A stretch of 64,000 bases of DNA from a virus (lineage: Duplodnaviria > Caudoviricetes): positions 11,143 through 75,142 of the IMG/VR virus record IMGVR_UViG_3300025018_000137, one strand, 5' to 3'. The position numbers were made by a program, and so were the translations under genes. The notes under the pieces were generated by a model. That model searched no databases. It saw nothing but the letters and a program-made list of their open reading frames with translations, and had not been told where the DNA came from. Within the stretch, counting starts at the first letter, position 1. Every line of letters starts with the position of its first letter. Below are positions 42,882 through 53,221 of the stretch, one piece after another.

Positions 42882-44621
42882 TTATGCAACAGCAGCAGTT
42901 GGCGAGGAGTAGCCGGAATGGTCCGGGGTGGCGTCTGCGCCGCCTTCGTAGGTCAGGTCCGTTCCGTCGTCTGCGTTCACCAAACGGGATACAACGCACC
43001 CCAGAGGCCAGCCTTCCGTAGAGCGGAGCGTGATCGAGGGGAGGTCTTTGCCAGCGTAGATACCGGCGTTGCCGGCCAGCAGCACGACGGAATCTCCTGC
43101 CTCGTCGATGTAGCCCGATAGCAACAGATTCTCGTTCATCACGTCCGGGGAAGTCCCGTCTACGTGCATCGACTCCACGCCCGATACGATGCTCGCCATG
43201 AAGTTTGGCAAGGTCTCCACCGCGATCGCGTCTTCCAGCGCGTCGTTCGTCGAGGACAAAATGTCATCGATTACATCGGCTGACCAGAGGTTGGCTAGGT
43301 ACAGCGTGCTGACTGGAACTCCGTTCAGCGTCTCTGCCTTGGAGTACGCAAACCAGAAGCGCTCGCCCGCCGTACCCTGCGACCATACTCCGTGATGGCG
43401 GGCAACGTCAGTACGCGTATCGCCCAGCCCCGGGAGCTTGGCAAGAGACGTCGCCGCCGACACGTTCCTCGGCCATAGCAAGGTCCAGCCGGACTGCACT
43501 GTGCCCTCGTAGTACCCGAGAATCTGGTCTCCCGCTACGGTCAGCGCCGTACCGTCGCGGCCTACCGCGAGGATGTTGATGTTCCCGGGGGAGCCGCTTG
43601 CGCGGTTCAGTCTGCAAGGGACAAGCTGCGAACTCATGGAGTTGGAATTGGCGTGTTCCAGCGTCCATGCACCGCCGACACTGTACGGGAGGGCTTGGCT
43701 GTATATCCCGGTATCTACCACTAGGTAGAAGCGACCCTTGAACTCTACCGCCTGAAGCACGCCAACGGACGGGGAGCCTAGAGTGGCTTGGGATATCTTG
43801 CTCGCAACGGCATTCCAAGAAAAGATGCCGAACCCTTCGGTGCGCTGGTAAACCCAGACAGCGTTGGTGGTGTCCCAGTTTGTCTTGTGGACGAAATATG
43901 CCCAGCGAGCGTTCGTGGTGTCGTAGACAATCCTCCCGGTGAGCATACGCTGAGTGCCGCCCGGAACAGTCCGGGTGGTAGGAGAGATGACGGTCTCGAA
44001 GGTCAGTCCGTCGAAGGTGGCAAGCACACCTTCGATGTCGTTGCCCGCCGCGTTACGGTACCAATACTGGATGCCCAGCATTCCGTTTGCGGCGGTGATC
44101 TCGATGTGCGGTGCGCCGAATACGTCTGCGGCCGGCGTGGCGTCCATCGGCCGCAGTGCTTTCCCTGTCTTCAGGCCCATCGTGTCCTGAATAGCGACGG
44201 GGGGAGGAAACCATGTGTATCCCCTGTCACTGGAGAACAACAGCTCGTCCCTACCAAACACCCAGTTCCGCACAACTACCGCGAGCAGTCCTCTTTGCGG
44301 GTGAGGCACATCGCGGACCTTCTCGATGGTTCCGGCTGTGATACGCCCTACCAGAGTGGTACCTGTATCCCACTGTTTTGCAGTGGTCCCCTCTTGGGCG
44401 CGTTCGAGCGTTAGTACGTCGCCAGCCCGGGCGGTGACCTTGATGATCTCCCAGTCTGTCTCGAGGGTACTGCCAACTGCCCCGGTCAGCAGCAGGTATT
44501 CATCGCCGGTCAAGTCTCCAATCCGGGCACCGTGCCCGGAAGACAGAGAACACGATGTCTGGGCGATAAAGAGCGTGGACGCCAGTGTTACCTGCAGATT
44601 GTTTCGGTATACCTGCACCAT
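42882..44621 (-). CDS. Fiber/spike-like virion protein with Asp-box
   Basis: N-terminal EIIKVTARAGDVLTLERAQEGT fiber-anchor-like domain; SSDRGYTW Asp-box (BNR) motif. Confidence 0.6.
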   Translation of the reverse strand: MVQVYRNNLQVTLASTLFIAQTSCSLSSGHGARIGDLTGDEYLLLTGAVGSTLETDWEIIKVTARAGDVLTLERAQEGTTAKQWDTGTTLVGRITAGTIEKVRDVPHPQRGLLAVVVRNWVFGRDELLFSSDRGYTWFPPPVAIQDTMGLKTGKALRPMDATPAADVFGAPHIEITAANGMLGIQYWYRNAAGNDIEGVLATFDGLTFETVISPTTRTVPGGTQRMLTGRIVYDTTNARWAYFVHKTNWDTTNAVWVYQRTEGFGIFSWNAVASKISQATLGSPSVGVLQAVEFKGRFYLVVDTGIYSQALPYSVGGAWTLEHANSNSMSSQLVPCRLNRASGSPGNINILAVGRDGTALTVAGDQILGYYEGTVQSGWTLLWPRNVSAATSLAKLPGLGDTRTDVARHHGVWSQGTAGERFWFAYSKAETLNGVPVSTLYLANLWSADVIDDILSSTNDALEDAIAVETLPNFMASIVSGVESMHVDGTSPDVMNENLLLSGYIDEAGDSVVLLAGNAGIYAGKDLPSITLRSTEGWPLGCVVSRLVNADDGTDLTYEGGADATPDHSGYSSPTAAVA

Positions 44622-46348
44622 TACCGAGTGCTCACGATCTGTGCCGTCTGGTCCCTACTTGGTTCGCCGGCCCGGTCTCTCGGGCCATCCTTTTCTGGGT
44701 CAGCTCCGCCGGGCGATCCGTCCTGCATTTCCCTATCGTTGGCGTCCGTTCTGCGAAGTGACAGAGACAACGGGCGATCCATCCACTCTTCCCAGCCCTC
44801 TGCGCCCATCTTCGGGTATTGCGCGATTCGGACCTGCATCTGCTGGTTGATGAGATCGACGGCTTTACGCGGGGTCAGAGCCCCCATTGAGTTGGCTTCG
44901 CGCAGCGCTTTTACTACTTCTGCCGGATCGGTCAGTTTTGGACCTTTACTCTCGATCTTCACCGTCTTCAGGTTCAGGCCAGCTTCATGATTGACGAAGG
45001 CGTTGTTCAGCCAGTCGTTGTGTGCCGCCCTGTTCGGCAGGAACACTTGCATCTCCGCCAGAAACGCAGATACGTTCGCCGTGGCGAAAGTCACATCCTG
45101 CGATTCGCCAGTGATGATCGGGGGTAAGCGGAACGCAGAGCGCAGCTTGGCCCGGTTCTGTTCGTCGTACGTGCGGAACAGCCCGTCGCTTGGACGCTGA
45201 TCTGACATCTTCTCGATGCGTAGCTGGGCTACGCCCCCGTCATCCAGACCTTGGCCTTCGCTAATCGCCTCCAGAAGCATCATTTTGTTCTGCCGGCCTC
45301 TGCCGCCAGACTCGATGACGTTTTTCAGTTCCTCGAACGAAGCGCGGGTGAGACGACCATTGGATACTGTGATGATGGACGGCGGGACAGTGTTGTCCTC
45401 GAAGTAGCGAAGGTTCACTTCTTCCGATTCCCGCGAGCCCATAATCGTAGGCGCGAGATGAATCCAGCGCGGCATGCCGTACGGGTCGTCGCCTTCTTGA
45501 GTGCGCCACAGGATTTCGGTAGCCTTGTACTTCTCCGAGATTCGCCCGGTCTCTCTCGACTGGTAGTTACCCGTGCGCCAGTCCATTGTTCTCGGGTCGC
45601 CGAACTCCTTGAACCATACGATCTGGTTGGCGGTGCGCTGCACGAACTTGCGGAACCGCCTGCGCTCTCGCACACGGGATCGCTCGCCCCCGCGTTCGAT
45701 CTCCCTGACCACTTCCACAGTCTTGCGCTGCCGCGATGTCATCTGGAGACTCGACGAGGACACATGCTTGAGCATGGTGGCCTTGCCCGCCCGATTCCTG
45801 ACCACTTCCAGAGCGCGAGCCCCGTGCTTCTCGAAATCGAAAATCTGCTTCTGCTCGATCTGGGAGAACGAGTTGTCGGTATCTGCGTGTTCGAGCCACG
45901 ACTTCAGCGTAGCTTCTTCTACGGGGTCGATCTCCACGCCTTCCGCGAAGGCGACGACCTTGGAACCGTAACCAGCGATGTTGGTCTTCATCGCGTCGAC
46001 GAGTTGGGGCAGCATGTTCGATCGGCTGTAGAGATAGTTGACAGTCGATACTGCCACCGATCTTTCTAGCATCGTGCCAGAAGAAGAACCGAATCCACTG
46101 CGGGACTCTTCCGGGCTAGCTGCGCGGCCCTCGTCCTCTCGGATGAACGATGCGTCCATGCGGCTGTTCATGCGGTCCATGCGGCGCTCGTCAGGCGACC
46201 CGCTGGGTAGCCCTATGATGTTGCGCAACTGCTTATCGGCCCGCCTGCGGCGACGTATGGACTCGCTTACGCCGTCCTGCACTGCTCGGCGTCTACGGGA
46301 AGGCGGGGTGGTGCTGATGCCGAGGCGTGCGTCGTAGAATTCACTCAT
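44621..46348 (-). CDS. Portal protein (PBSX/P2-like)
   Basis: GDDPYGMPRW, NLRYFEDNTVP, KLRSAFRLPPIITG, ANVSAF. Confidence 0.85.
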   Translation of the reverse strand: MSEFYDARLGISTTPPSRRRRAVQDGVSESIRRRRRADKQLRNIIGLPSGSPDERRMDRMNSRMDASFIREDEGRAASPEESRSGFGSSSGTMLERSVAVSTVNYLYSRSNMLPQLVDAMKTNIAGYGSKVVAFAEGVEIDPVEEATLKSWLEHADTDNSFSQIEQKQIFDFEKHGARALEVVRNRAGKATMLKHVSSSSLQMTSRQRKTVEVVREIERGGERSRVRERRRFRKFVQRTANQIVWFKEFGDPRTMDWRTGNYQSRETGRISEKYKATEILWRTQEGDDPYGMPRWIHLAPTIMGSRESEEVNLRYFEDNTVPPSIITVSNGRLTRASFEELKNVIESGGRGRQNKMMLLEAISEGQGLDDGGVAQLRIEKMSDQRPSDGLFRTYDEQNRAKLRSAFRLPPIITGESQDVTFATANVSAFLAEMQVFLPNRAAHNDWLNNAFVNHEAGLNLKTVKIESKGPKLTDPAEVVKALREANSMGALTPRKAVDLINQQMQVRIAQYPKMGAEGWEEWMDRPLSLSLRRTDANDREMQDGSPGGADPEKDGPRDRAGEPSRDQTAQIVSTR

Positions 46349-46712
46349 TGCGGCCGTTCCCTTGGGGACGCCGGAATACATACCCCTGATCTCTCAGGTG
46401 CTGGTTGAGGTGCAGGATTGTGCCGGCAGCGGTGGGAACAAACAGATCAACGATCCATCCGCTCTTGTTCTGTACGCCCACGCGGATCGTGCACTCCCGG
46501 TTTTCCACCAGTCCACGAACAGCGTCGCGTACTAATCCGCCGGGGGAGTCCGGAGATGCTTGGAATCCAGTCGGGGTGTCTACGCCTGAGAGGCGGATGC
46601 GGACTTTCTTGTACAGATCGTCGACGCCTAGATCGACCATCATGGTCATGTCGTCCCCGGACACTGTGCGGATCACGCGCCCGGAAAGCTCTGGTGATCG
46701 GTTCTCGGCCAT
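46341..46712 (-). CDS. Thermonuclease (SNase-like) protein
   Basis: VSGDDMTMMVDLG...RIRLSGVDTP matches the SNase VxDGDT...RLxGIDxP motif. Confidence 0.7.
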   Translation of the reverse strand: MAENRSPELSGRVIRTVSGDDMTMMVDLGVDDLYKKVRIRLSGVDTPTGFQASPDSPGGLVRDAVRGLVENRECTIRVGVQNKSGWIVDLFVPTAAGTILHLNQHLRDQGYVFRRPQGNGRNE

Positions 46713-46779
46713 AGCGCCCTACCATTTCAGATTAGGGCGCAGTCTAGGTGAAAGTGAAAACGATTACAACAAACGAGGG

Positions 46780-47175
46780 TCAGGATGCATTTTCCTTGTC
46801 CTCGACCTGCTTCATCATCCGTACCAGATGCGCGTACAAGTCGCCCCGGGTGGGCATAAGCACGCGCAATGTCTGCATCTTCCGGATTTTTCTGGCCCGG
46901 TACGACACAGACAACTCGAAGTGAGACGTGCCGTCCGGCTGTTCCACCCGGTTGCCTACGTGTATCGGCAGATCGCCGTAGCTGGAGCGCACTATGTACA
47001 CCGAGCTTATGCCGGACTCGACCCCCACTATGCCGTACTTCCCGGCTTTCGCCTGCGACGCGGCGGCAACGAGTCGACGGACGAACGCTTTCTTCTCCGA
47101 GGCACGACGGGTTGCGATTCCTGCTGCTGCTGCATCTCCGAACGCCGTATCTCCGGCAGATACTTGAATTCCCAC
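46780..47175 (-). CDS. Hypothetical protein
   Basis: 131-aa ORF. Confidence 0.45.
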   Translation of the reverse strand: MGIQVSAGDTAFGDAAAAGIATRRASEKKAFVRRLVAAASQAKAGKYGIVGVESGISSVYIVRSSYGDLPIHVGNRVEQPDGTSHFELSVSYRARKIRKMQTLRVLMPTRGDLYAHLVRMMKQVEDKENAS

Positions 47176-47265
47176 TGCTCTACAATCCTCCCCACTGATT
47201 TCGGGTCTTCCGGGTAGTAGCCGGACAGAAACCCCTTCACGAACCCCGGCCGATTGTCGAACCGG

Positions 47266-47715
47266 CTACCTTTTTCTCCTTCTACGCGGAGCAGCATCTG
47301 AGTCGCCCGCTCCAGAAGTTGCGCCTCTCGCGCTAGTCTTTCTTCCCTGCGGCTGGGCTTCTGCGCCCCCGGACGCTTGCTCGGCAGTTTCTTCCTCTTC
47401 GGCATGCTGTGTCTTACCTCGTTTCTTGCCTGCACTTCCGTGCATGGTGTTCTTGCCCATCCGAAACGCGTAGAGCGGGCAGCTCGTCGCCGGGCAGTCT
47501 GCTATCGCCCGGACCATGCCGCCCATGCATTGTACGCAAAAAGCCCGGATGCCAGTGATAGGGCTGCTGATCTTATCGATGTACTCGTCGACAAGCTCCT
47601 GCTGCCGGGCTATCACGCTGTCCATCGCCCGGTCTTCCTCGTCCAACTCCGGTTCTACGACAACCGGCGGTGGCAGAGGTTCGGGCTTCTTCTTCTTCCT
47701 TCTCGATACCGTCAT
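47266..47715 (-). CDS. Cys-rich (Zn-binding) hypothetical protein
   Basis: IRAFCVQCMGG....DCPATSCPLYAFRMG four-Cys motif. Confidence 0.55.
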   Translation of the reverse strand: MTVSRRKKKKPEPLPPPVVVEPELDEEDRAMDSVIARQQELVDEYIDKISSPITGIRAFCVQCMGGMVRAIADCPATSCPLYAFRMGKNTMHGSAGKKRGKTQHAEEEETAEQASGGAEAQPQGRKTSARGATSGAGDSDAAPRRRRKR

Positions 47716-48107
47716 CTTTTCTTCTCCACGAATGAGGGCTTGTCTGATTGGCGCCAAAGCAAGGTGCTCTGCTGCCACCGTTGGTACGACGCTATGACCG
47801 CCCAATTGTTCAGGAACGGTACTTCCACTACGCTGACGATCCCCGATAGATGCGGGCCTACGCCCATCTCCAGCGCGGAGGACACGAACGTTTCGAATTG
47901 AGGGGCGAAGTCGAACGATGCCAGATCGAGGTCGTAGAGCATCTTGCCTACGTCTACGCAACGCGCTACGACGGCAACCTTCGACACATATGAACTTTTC
48001 TTCCTACCGGACCCGCGAGGACGAAGAAGGAAGCTATCTCTGGCCGACGCCAACAGCGGACGCTCCCCGGCCGCAATCATCACCGCGTCCGGAAGTTCTA
48101 CGCTCAT
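47712..48107 (-). CDS. Hypothetical protein
   Basis: 131-aa ORF with coupled start/stop overlaps. Confidence 0.5.
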   Translation of the reverse strand: MSVELPDAVMIAAGERPLLASARDSFLLRPRGSGRKKSSYVSKVAVVARCVDVGKMLYDLDLASFDFAPQFETFVSSALEMGVGPHLSGIVSVVEVPFLNNWAVIASYQRWQQSTLLWRQSDKPSFVEKKR

Positions 48108-49585
48108 CGGGGCTCCTCGTCCACAGTCGTTGGTACTCGCACAGCAACTACGGAGTTATACCGATCGTCTCGCGAATACCTCGAGTCTAGGTACGTACGT
48201 TGCCAGCCCATGCGATCGGCGTACGACAGCATGGCCCCGGTCGCGGTCTCGCGGAAGATACTGCTATCCAGCTCTCGGTGCGCTGGGGGGCCTGCGTTGC
48301 CGAAGACGGCGATCATATACGTGCCTTTGCCAGAATGGTCTACATCAGTCATTACATTCGACGGCATAAGGATGGACCCGAAGGAGGAATAGACACCGAA
48401 ACACCCGAGGATCGACATCCTCGGAACACGCATTCTGGCCGGGTCTGCTTTCGGCGCTGCTGCGTAGTAGTCCAGTAGTAGCGATATCCGCGATGGGTCG
48501 GTCTGCGTCCGATACCAACTCAGGTGCTGCGGGGCAGTGTCGACAAGATAGTAGGCAGATAGTAATCTGCCGATGTTGAAGCCTGCCGCCCGAAGGTTAT
48601 GGACCGCCTTAGCATTTGCGGAAGGGAAAGACGGCTTGCCCGACAGGATTTCCGGATGCCGTACGAGGTCCGACAACAGAACTAGGGGGTGCAGACGGAT
48701 GTGCTGTATTTGCCGCTTCCCTCTTCCGTGATAGCTGGGCCACCCTTGGCCTCTCCACCCTTGGCCTCTCCACCCTTCTTCCTTGACTCCTATGGACCCT
48801 TCGTGGAGCTGGGCTTCCCCGATCAGGGTAGCGGCGCGCTCGCTGCCTAGCTGACCGGAAAGGTACAGGGGCTTCTCCCTCTGCCTACCCTGATACACGT
48901 TCAAGTACATTTTCTTACGGGCGTGCGACCCTTCCTTCGGGGTCGCAATGCAGATCGCCTCGGACTCGGAGTAGGTGATGGCCCGCTCTATGCGATCAGC
49001 ATGCGAATTCAGGGCCTGCATGATCCGCGCCGGGGTTCCGGTGACGGGGGGAGACCTTCGGGCTAGGCCCGGGATAGCCGCCGAGAGCGGCCGGTAATCC
49101 CGCGAAATTCTCCAGCCGTACTGCTCGTGGAATACGAAGTCTGCGGCCGACCCGTCATCCCACCTATGCAGGCTAGGGAGCTTGGGGTTTTTCCACCGGA
49201 CAATCTTTTCAGATAGCTCCGGGGAGATGAGCCCGTAGGTAACGGAGCAGTGCCCGAACAGATCGTAAAGCAGATCCGAGAACCGGCCCATAGTCCGCAT
49301 CTGGAGGTTGACGGCTGGATTGTTCCGGGCTGACAGGTTCGAGGTCCGGACTCTACGTATCACCGAGTCGTTGAACAGGAAATCGTAGAGGAAGAAGTGC
49401 CGACCGATCGCCCCGAACGCGGGAGCGCATGCTGTACTTTGGGCGGGGAGCCACGCCCAATCTTCCGGCTGCGACCCTTCCCATCCCGGGGATAGGCACT
49501 CCATTGCGGCTTCCGCCGCCTTGTTGACGTGGGGATCGTGAATCAGGCCCGCGATACGGGGAAGGCCCATAGAGGGTATCGGCAT
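48104..49585 (-). CDS. Large hypothetical protein
   Basis: 493-aa ORF; internal 15-nt repeat encoding GWRGQ twice; no family recognised. Confidence 0.6.
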   Translation of the reverse strand: MPIPSMGLPRIAGLIHDPHVNKAAEAAMECLSPGWEGSQPEDWAWLPAQSTACAPAFGAIGRHFFLYDFLFNDSVIRRVRTSNLSARNNPAVNLQMRTMGRFSDLLYDLFGHCSVTYGLISPELSEKIVRWKNPKLPSLHRWDDGSAADFVFHEQYGWRISRDYRPLSAAIPGLARRSPPVTGTPARIMQALNSHADRIERAITYSESEAICIATPKEGSHARKKMYLNVYQGRQREKPLYLSGQLGSERAATLIGEAQLHEGSIGVKEEGWRGQGWRGQGWPSYHGRGKRQIQHIRLHPLVLLSDLVRHPEILSGKPSFPSANAKAVHNLRAAGFNIGRLLSAYYLVDTAPQHLSWYRTQTDPSRISLLLDYYAAAPKADPARMRVPRMSILGCFGVYSSFGSILMPSNVMTDVDHSGKGTYMIAVFGNAGPPAHRELDSSIFRETATGAMLSYADRMGWQRTYLDSRYSRDDRYNSVVAVRVPTTVDEEPR

Positions 49586-49605
49586 TCTGTGCGCTCCTAT
49601 CCATG

Positions 49606-50106
49606 TCAGATGTAATCGATTTCACCATCGTCTCCCGAGTCGAGAAGCGAGATTTCTAGGTTCGTGGTCGCGTATATGTACCCGTCAGGAAGCATATCGC
49701 GACGCACGCCCATTTCGGTGAGACTACGTGTCAGCTCGTCGAGCATGGGCTGCCGGAAGTGGCCAACCAGCCCTTCATTCAAGGTCGCAAACTCCTCCGC
49801 CGCTCTACGCATACCGCTTGTTTGGTAGGTGGTGCGGGCTATGTCGGAAACAGAGTGCGACTCCGAGACGTAATGCAAGATCACCGCTACCTGTACCGCC
49901 AGAGTATGGGCCATGCCCTCCGCAGCCTGAACCCGGGCCGAAAGTCGAACGACTTCCTGCGCCAAGTCCTGCAAACGTCGCTGGTCAGCCCGGGTACCTG
50001 CTGCGGCACCGGCGCGTCCGGATGCTCTGCCTATCGATACCTTGGCTCTCTGAGCAGTACGAGTAGGCTTCTTCTTCCGACGACGTACAGGTCTGTCGGT
50101 CATCAA
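49606..50106 (-). CDS. Hypothetical coiled-coil protein
   Basis: 166-aa ORF. Confidence 0.5.
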   Translation of the reverse strand: MMTDRPVRRRKKKPTRTAQRAKVSIGRASGRAGAAAGTRADQRRLQDLAQEVVRLSARVQAAEGMAHTLAVQVAVILHYVSESHSVSDIARTTYQTSGMRRAAEEFATLNEGLVGHFRQPMLDELTRSLTEMGVRRDMLPDGYIYATTNLEISLLDSGDDGEIDYI

Positions 50107-50849
50107 TCGTCCTCCGCGAGTTCCGCGATGTACTTTTCCACGCTATCGTTGACTAGAGCGTGAGTGAACGTGGGCGTGAAGTCCGCTTCGATCAGCTCGC
50201 GGTCTGCCGGTTCGATCCCCAAATATACCGACAGAGCCTCTACTACCGCCGATACATCGCGTCTGCGCTCCAGTTCGCGGTCCACGTTGCGGACCTTGCC
50301 CTTGATCGAGGCGTCACAGCGGAGTGCCGATACTTCGCTCTGGAGCGCAAGTAGCCTTTCCCGCAGGCAGTTGTTCTCGTTGAGGTGCCTTTCCGAGTAG
50401 GATTCCGCCGACGACAGTCGGAGCCGTAGGCCGTGGGCCGTGTCTTCCAGCTCCGATGCTCGGTCCCGAAATTCTTTGCGCAGCGCTTCGGTGACCTCAT
50501 TGGCCCGGGTCTCCACGATGCTGTCCGCGATCCGCTCGATCGCCGTCCGCCGCTGAGTCGGAACCTGCGCGCGGCCTAGCTTGATCTTGCGACCCGCAGC
50601 CTTCTTGAGTGGGACCGGACGATGGGCGCGGGCCGATTCGATCAGGGATATGAGCTGAAGGGAGGTGTGGACAATGGGGACTTTCGGGGACACGGCAACG
50701 ACGCCGTGTACGATGTACTCCGCCCCCTTTGGGAGCTTCGAGGCAAAGGTTACTTCGGCATGCGGGAATCCTATCTCACGAAGTTCTTTCTGTGCTTGCG
50801 CCGCGAAAGCGATAGTGTCGACCGTCAGCGGTGTGTTTGCATCCATCAT
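50103..50849 (-). CDS. Hypothetical coiled-coil protein
   Basis: 248-aa ORF with a long heptad region. Confidence 0.55.
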   Translation of the reverse strand: MMDANTPLTVDTIAFAAQAQKELREIGFPHAEVTFASKLPKGAEYIVHGVVAVSPKVPIVHTSLQLISLIESARAHRPVPLKKAAGRKIKLGRAQVPTQRRTAIERIADSIVETRANEVTEALRKEFRDRASELEDTAHGLRLRLSSAESYSERHLNENNCLRERLLALQSEVSALRCDASIKGKVRNVDRELERRRDVSAVVEALSVYLGIEPADRELIEADFTPTFTHALVNDSVEKYIAELAEDD

Positions 50850-50905
50850 CTGATGTCTCCTTGGCTGTCCTGTGCGTCAAGTATACCGTACCGAAGAATT
50901 CAATA

Positions 50906-51394
50906 CTACTTCTCAGTGCTTTCCTGTGCCGAAGATTGGTTCCTGTCCAGCGCCTCGTTTAGCTCCTCAACCAGTTCGTAGCTGGGCGGGCACACCAAGA
51001 AGTACAGAGTGTATGCCGCGACCGCGACCGGGGCCATGATCGACAGTAGCCCGGACCCCCACGTTGCCGGCCCGGGGGATAGCAGGGTATGGAGTAAAGT
51101 GACGGCGACTACAGGCGATGCGAACTCCGTCATGGTGCCGAGGGCATTCCAGATCTTGCCTTCCCGGATAAGGATTGACGCCATAACCCCGTCGATCTCC
51201 AACTGCCGGTGAGCGCTGCCGTCCACTAGCTGTATTGCAGAAACGAATATGGCGGGGACGAACGACAGGACAAGCAGCAAGGCGGGCATGGCTGACAACT
51301 CCCCGAAGGTGGAGTACGCATACCCGTACCACAGTGCGGCTCCCCCGAGCGCGGGGGCTATCCCGGTCATCCTGATATTCAGACTGATTTGCAT
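50906..51394 (-). CDS. Multi-pass membrane protein
   Basis: About four hydrophobic segments; GGAGG RBS. Confidence 0.55.
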   Translation of the reverse strand: MQISLNIRMTGIAPALGGAALWYGYAYSTFGELSAMPALLLVLSFVPAIFVSAIQLVDGSAHRQLEIDGVMASILIREGKIWNALGTMTEFASPVVAVTLLHTLLSPGPATWGSGLLSIMAPVAVAAYTLYFLVCPPSYELVEELNEALDRNQSSAQESTEK

Positions 51395-51480
51395 TTTGAT
51401 TCCTCCTTGGGGCTAGACGAGCATGGACAGCAATAGGACCGCCCATAGCATTGCAGACTGCACGAAGTACGCCCGACGGC

Positions 51481-51657
51481 TCACGATCTTGGACGATCGA
51501 GAAGTTCCGTCCGGACTACCACGTATTCTTTGGGGGCGTCGAAGCCGATCCGGATAGAGTTCCGGGCGATCTGCAGAACCTTTACTTCGATGTCCGGCCC
51601 GCCGTTGGGGCACCGAATCAAGATGGATTCTTCTTCTCGTCGACTGAGTACCAGCAT
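51481..51657 (-). CDS. csrA: Carbon storage regulator CsrA/RsmA homolog
   Basis: MLVLSRREEESILI...IEVKVLQI..NSIRIGFDAPKEYVVVRTEL; AGGAGG RBS. Confidence 0.9.
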   Translation of the reverse strand: MLVLSRREEESILIRCPNGGPDIEVKVLQIARNSIRIGFDAPKEYVVVRTELLDRPRS

Positions 51658-52666
51658 ATTCTTTCCTCCTTGTGATTTGTCCGTCCATATTTGACGGCGA
51701 ATAATACTATACGACTGATAGCCCCCGAAAGCAACTGCCATCCCGCGTCGGTAGTGTCTCAGTTTGAATTCCGGGGCTTGTAGGGGCCGCGCTTCTTGGG
51801 TGCCGGTGCCCGCCCGTCCCATCGTTTGACTTTGAAGATATTTCCGGAGAGAGAAGATGATCCAGATCGGGGGTTTCTGGCTGCTCCAACCCGCGAACCT
51901 GTTGTATCTCGCAGCAGAGGAGCCGAAGCCATCGAGTCAGTCGTCGCCAGCCAAGAAAAGATGGCTTCGATAATCTGCAGCCGGGCAAACATTGATCCCG
52001 AGGAAGCGAGTGGACTCTTCCGAAGTCAAGCCACGAAGGGAACCGAGTTCGCACTCGAAGAAGGCATTTCCCATGAGGTACGCCAGTTCGTCGTCAAACA
52101 AGGCGTTCCCTTTCAGCAGCTGGTATTCCAATGATTTTTCAATCACTTATCTTTCCTCGCTATCTGACGAGCGACAAGTCATCGCGGGTCAACAGCGCCG
52201 CACCCAAACACTGTGTGCCACTCGAATCACCCGCATACCGCAGATCAGGTTGTTCGCGCCAACTTGGTGATGTCGAGAACGGTGCCGATTGTGAGGCAGA
52301 GTAGGCCATAGAGCAGAGGGCGTCCAATGATCAGAAGTTCGCCCACGGTGCATCCGCCAAAGATGCACCGTGGGCTGGCATGGTAGTCGCGGTCTTGCCG
52401 TGCCACCGCCCTACAGCAAGGGGGACGCAGAGTTTAGCGCATCTTCGAGGTGGGAATCAATAGACCGAGTCACACGAGGACGCAACGAATGTTTGTATTC
52501 GTTCGATCGTACCTTCGTTCCCGTTTCGGGAAGTTGGAACGAGTCCGCGCTCACTACCGGGCATACCCGGTGCGTTGATCGCGGTGACGGAACCGGCGGC
52601 GGAGAAGCGCCACAACCCACCCCAGAAGATCCGCAATCCCCGCCTATTTCAAACTGAGACACTACC

Positions 52667-52960
52667 TCATCCCGCGTCGAGAATATTCTCGATCTGAGAC
52701 ACGAGGCTTTCAAACCCGTCCTCTTCGTAGTTCAGGACCGGGGCGAGGCCGAGGTCTGGACGCGAGCACGGCAATGCTCTGCCGGTGTCCTTGTCGATCA
52801 GGAAAGGGACGCTCATCGAGAACCCGCGATGTGCCATGACGTTCATGATTTCCTCGTCGGTCAGTACCACCCGAATCGTGACCATGACCACAGTCTCGTC
52901 GCCGATGTCGATCCCGTCGTCGTGCACGATCATATTTGTAGCTCGTGTTACTTCCGCCAT
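52667..52960 (-). CDS. Hypothetical protein
   Basis: 97-aa ORF. Confidence 0.45.
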   Translation of the reverse strand: MAEVTRATNMIVHDDGIDIGDETVVMVTIRVVLTDEEIMNVMAHRGFSMSVPFLIDKDTGRALPCSRPDLGLAPVLNYEEDGFESLVSQIENILDAG

Positions 52961-53154
52961 TTTTTCTGGTCCTCTTCTTTCGGTGTCATGCGCCGGTCGC
53001 CACAAATTAGATACACGATGAACGCGATCAAGATTGCTTTGCCGAGCGCGGAAAAACTCGAAGGGTCTCTTGCCCCTCCGAGCCAGTAAAGAGTCAGACT
53101 GACCCAAACGCAAACGCCGATCACTCCGAGAGCAAAGTGTTGTATGTCTTTCAT
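52948..53154 (-). CDS. Small two-TM membrane protein
   Basis: Two hydrophobic helices. Confidence 0.45.
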   Translation of the reverse strand: MKDIQHFALGVIGVCVWVSLTLYWLGGARDPSSFSALGKAILIAFIVYLICGDRRMTPKEEDQKKWRK

Positions 53155-53221
53155 GGCGGTGCCTGCACTTGAAAACGATTTCACATTGTACTCCCTGTTT
53201 GCGGAGCCGCCAGAAACTGCC

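Noticed and set aside
803-43121. Many long plus-strand ORFs (e.g. 2836-3936, 22788-24011, 33025-34386)
   Set aside because: They are antisense shadows of strong minus-strand genes in GC-rich DNA, with no recognisable motifs or RBS.
47028-47435. Basic 135-aa ORF as a small terminase candidate
   Set aside because: It overlaps two better-packed ORFs in other frames and no TerS motif is recognisable.
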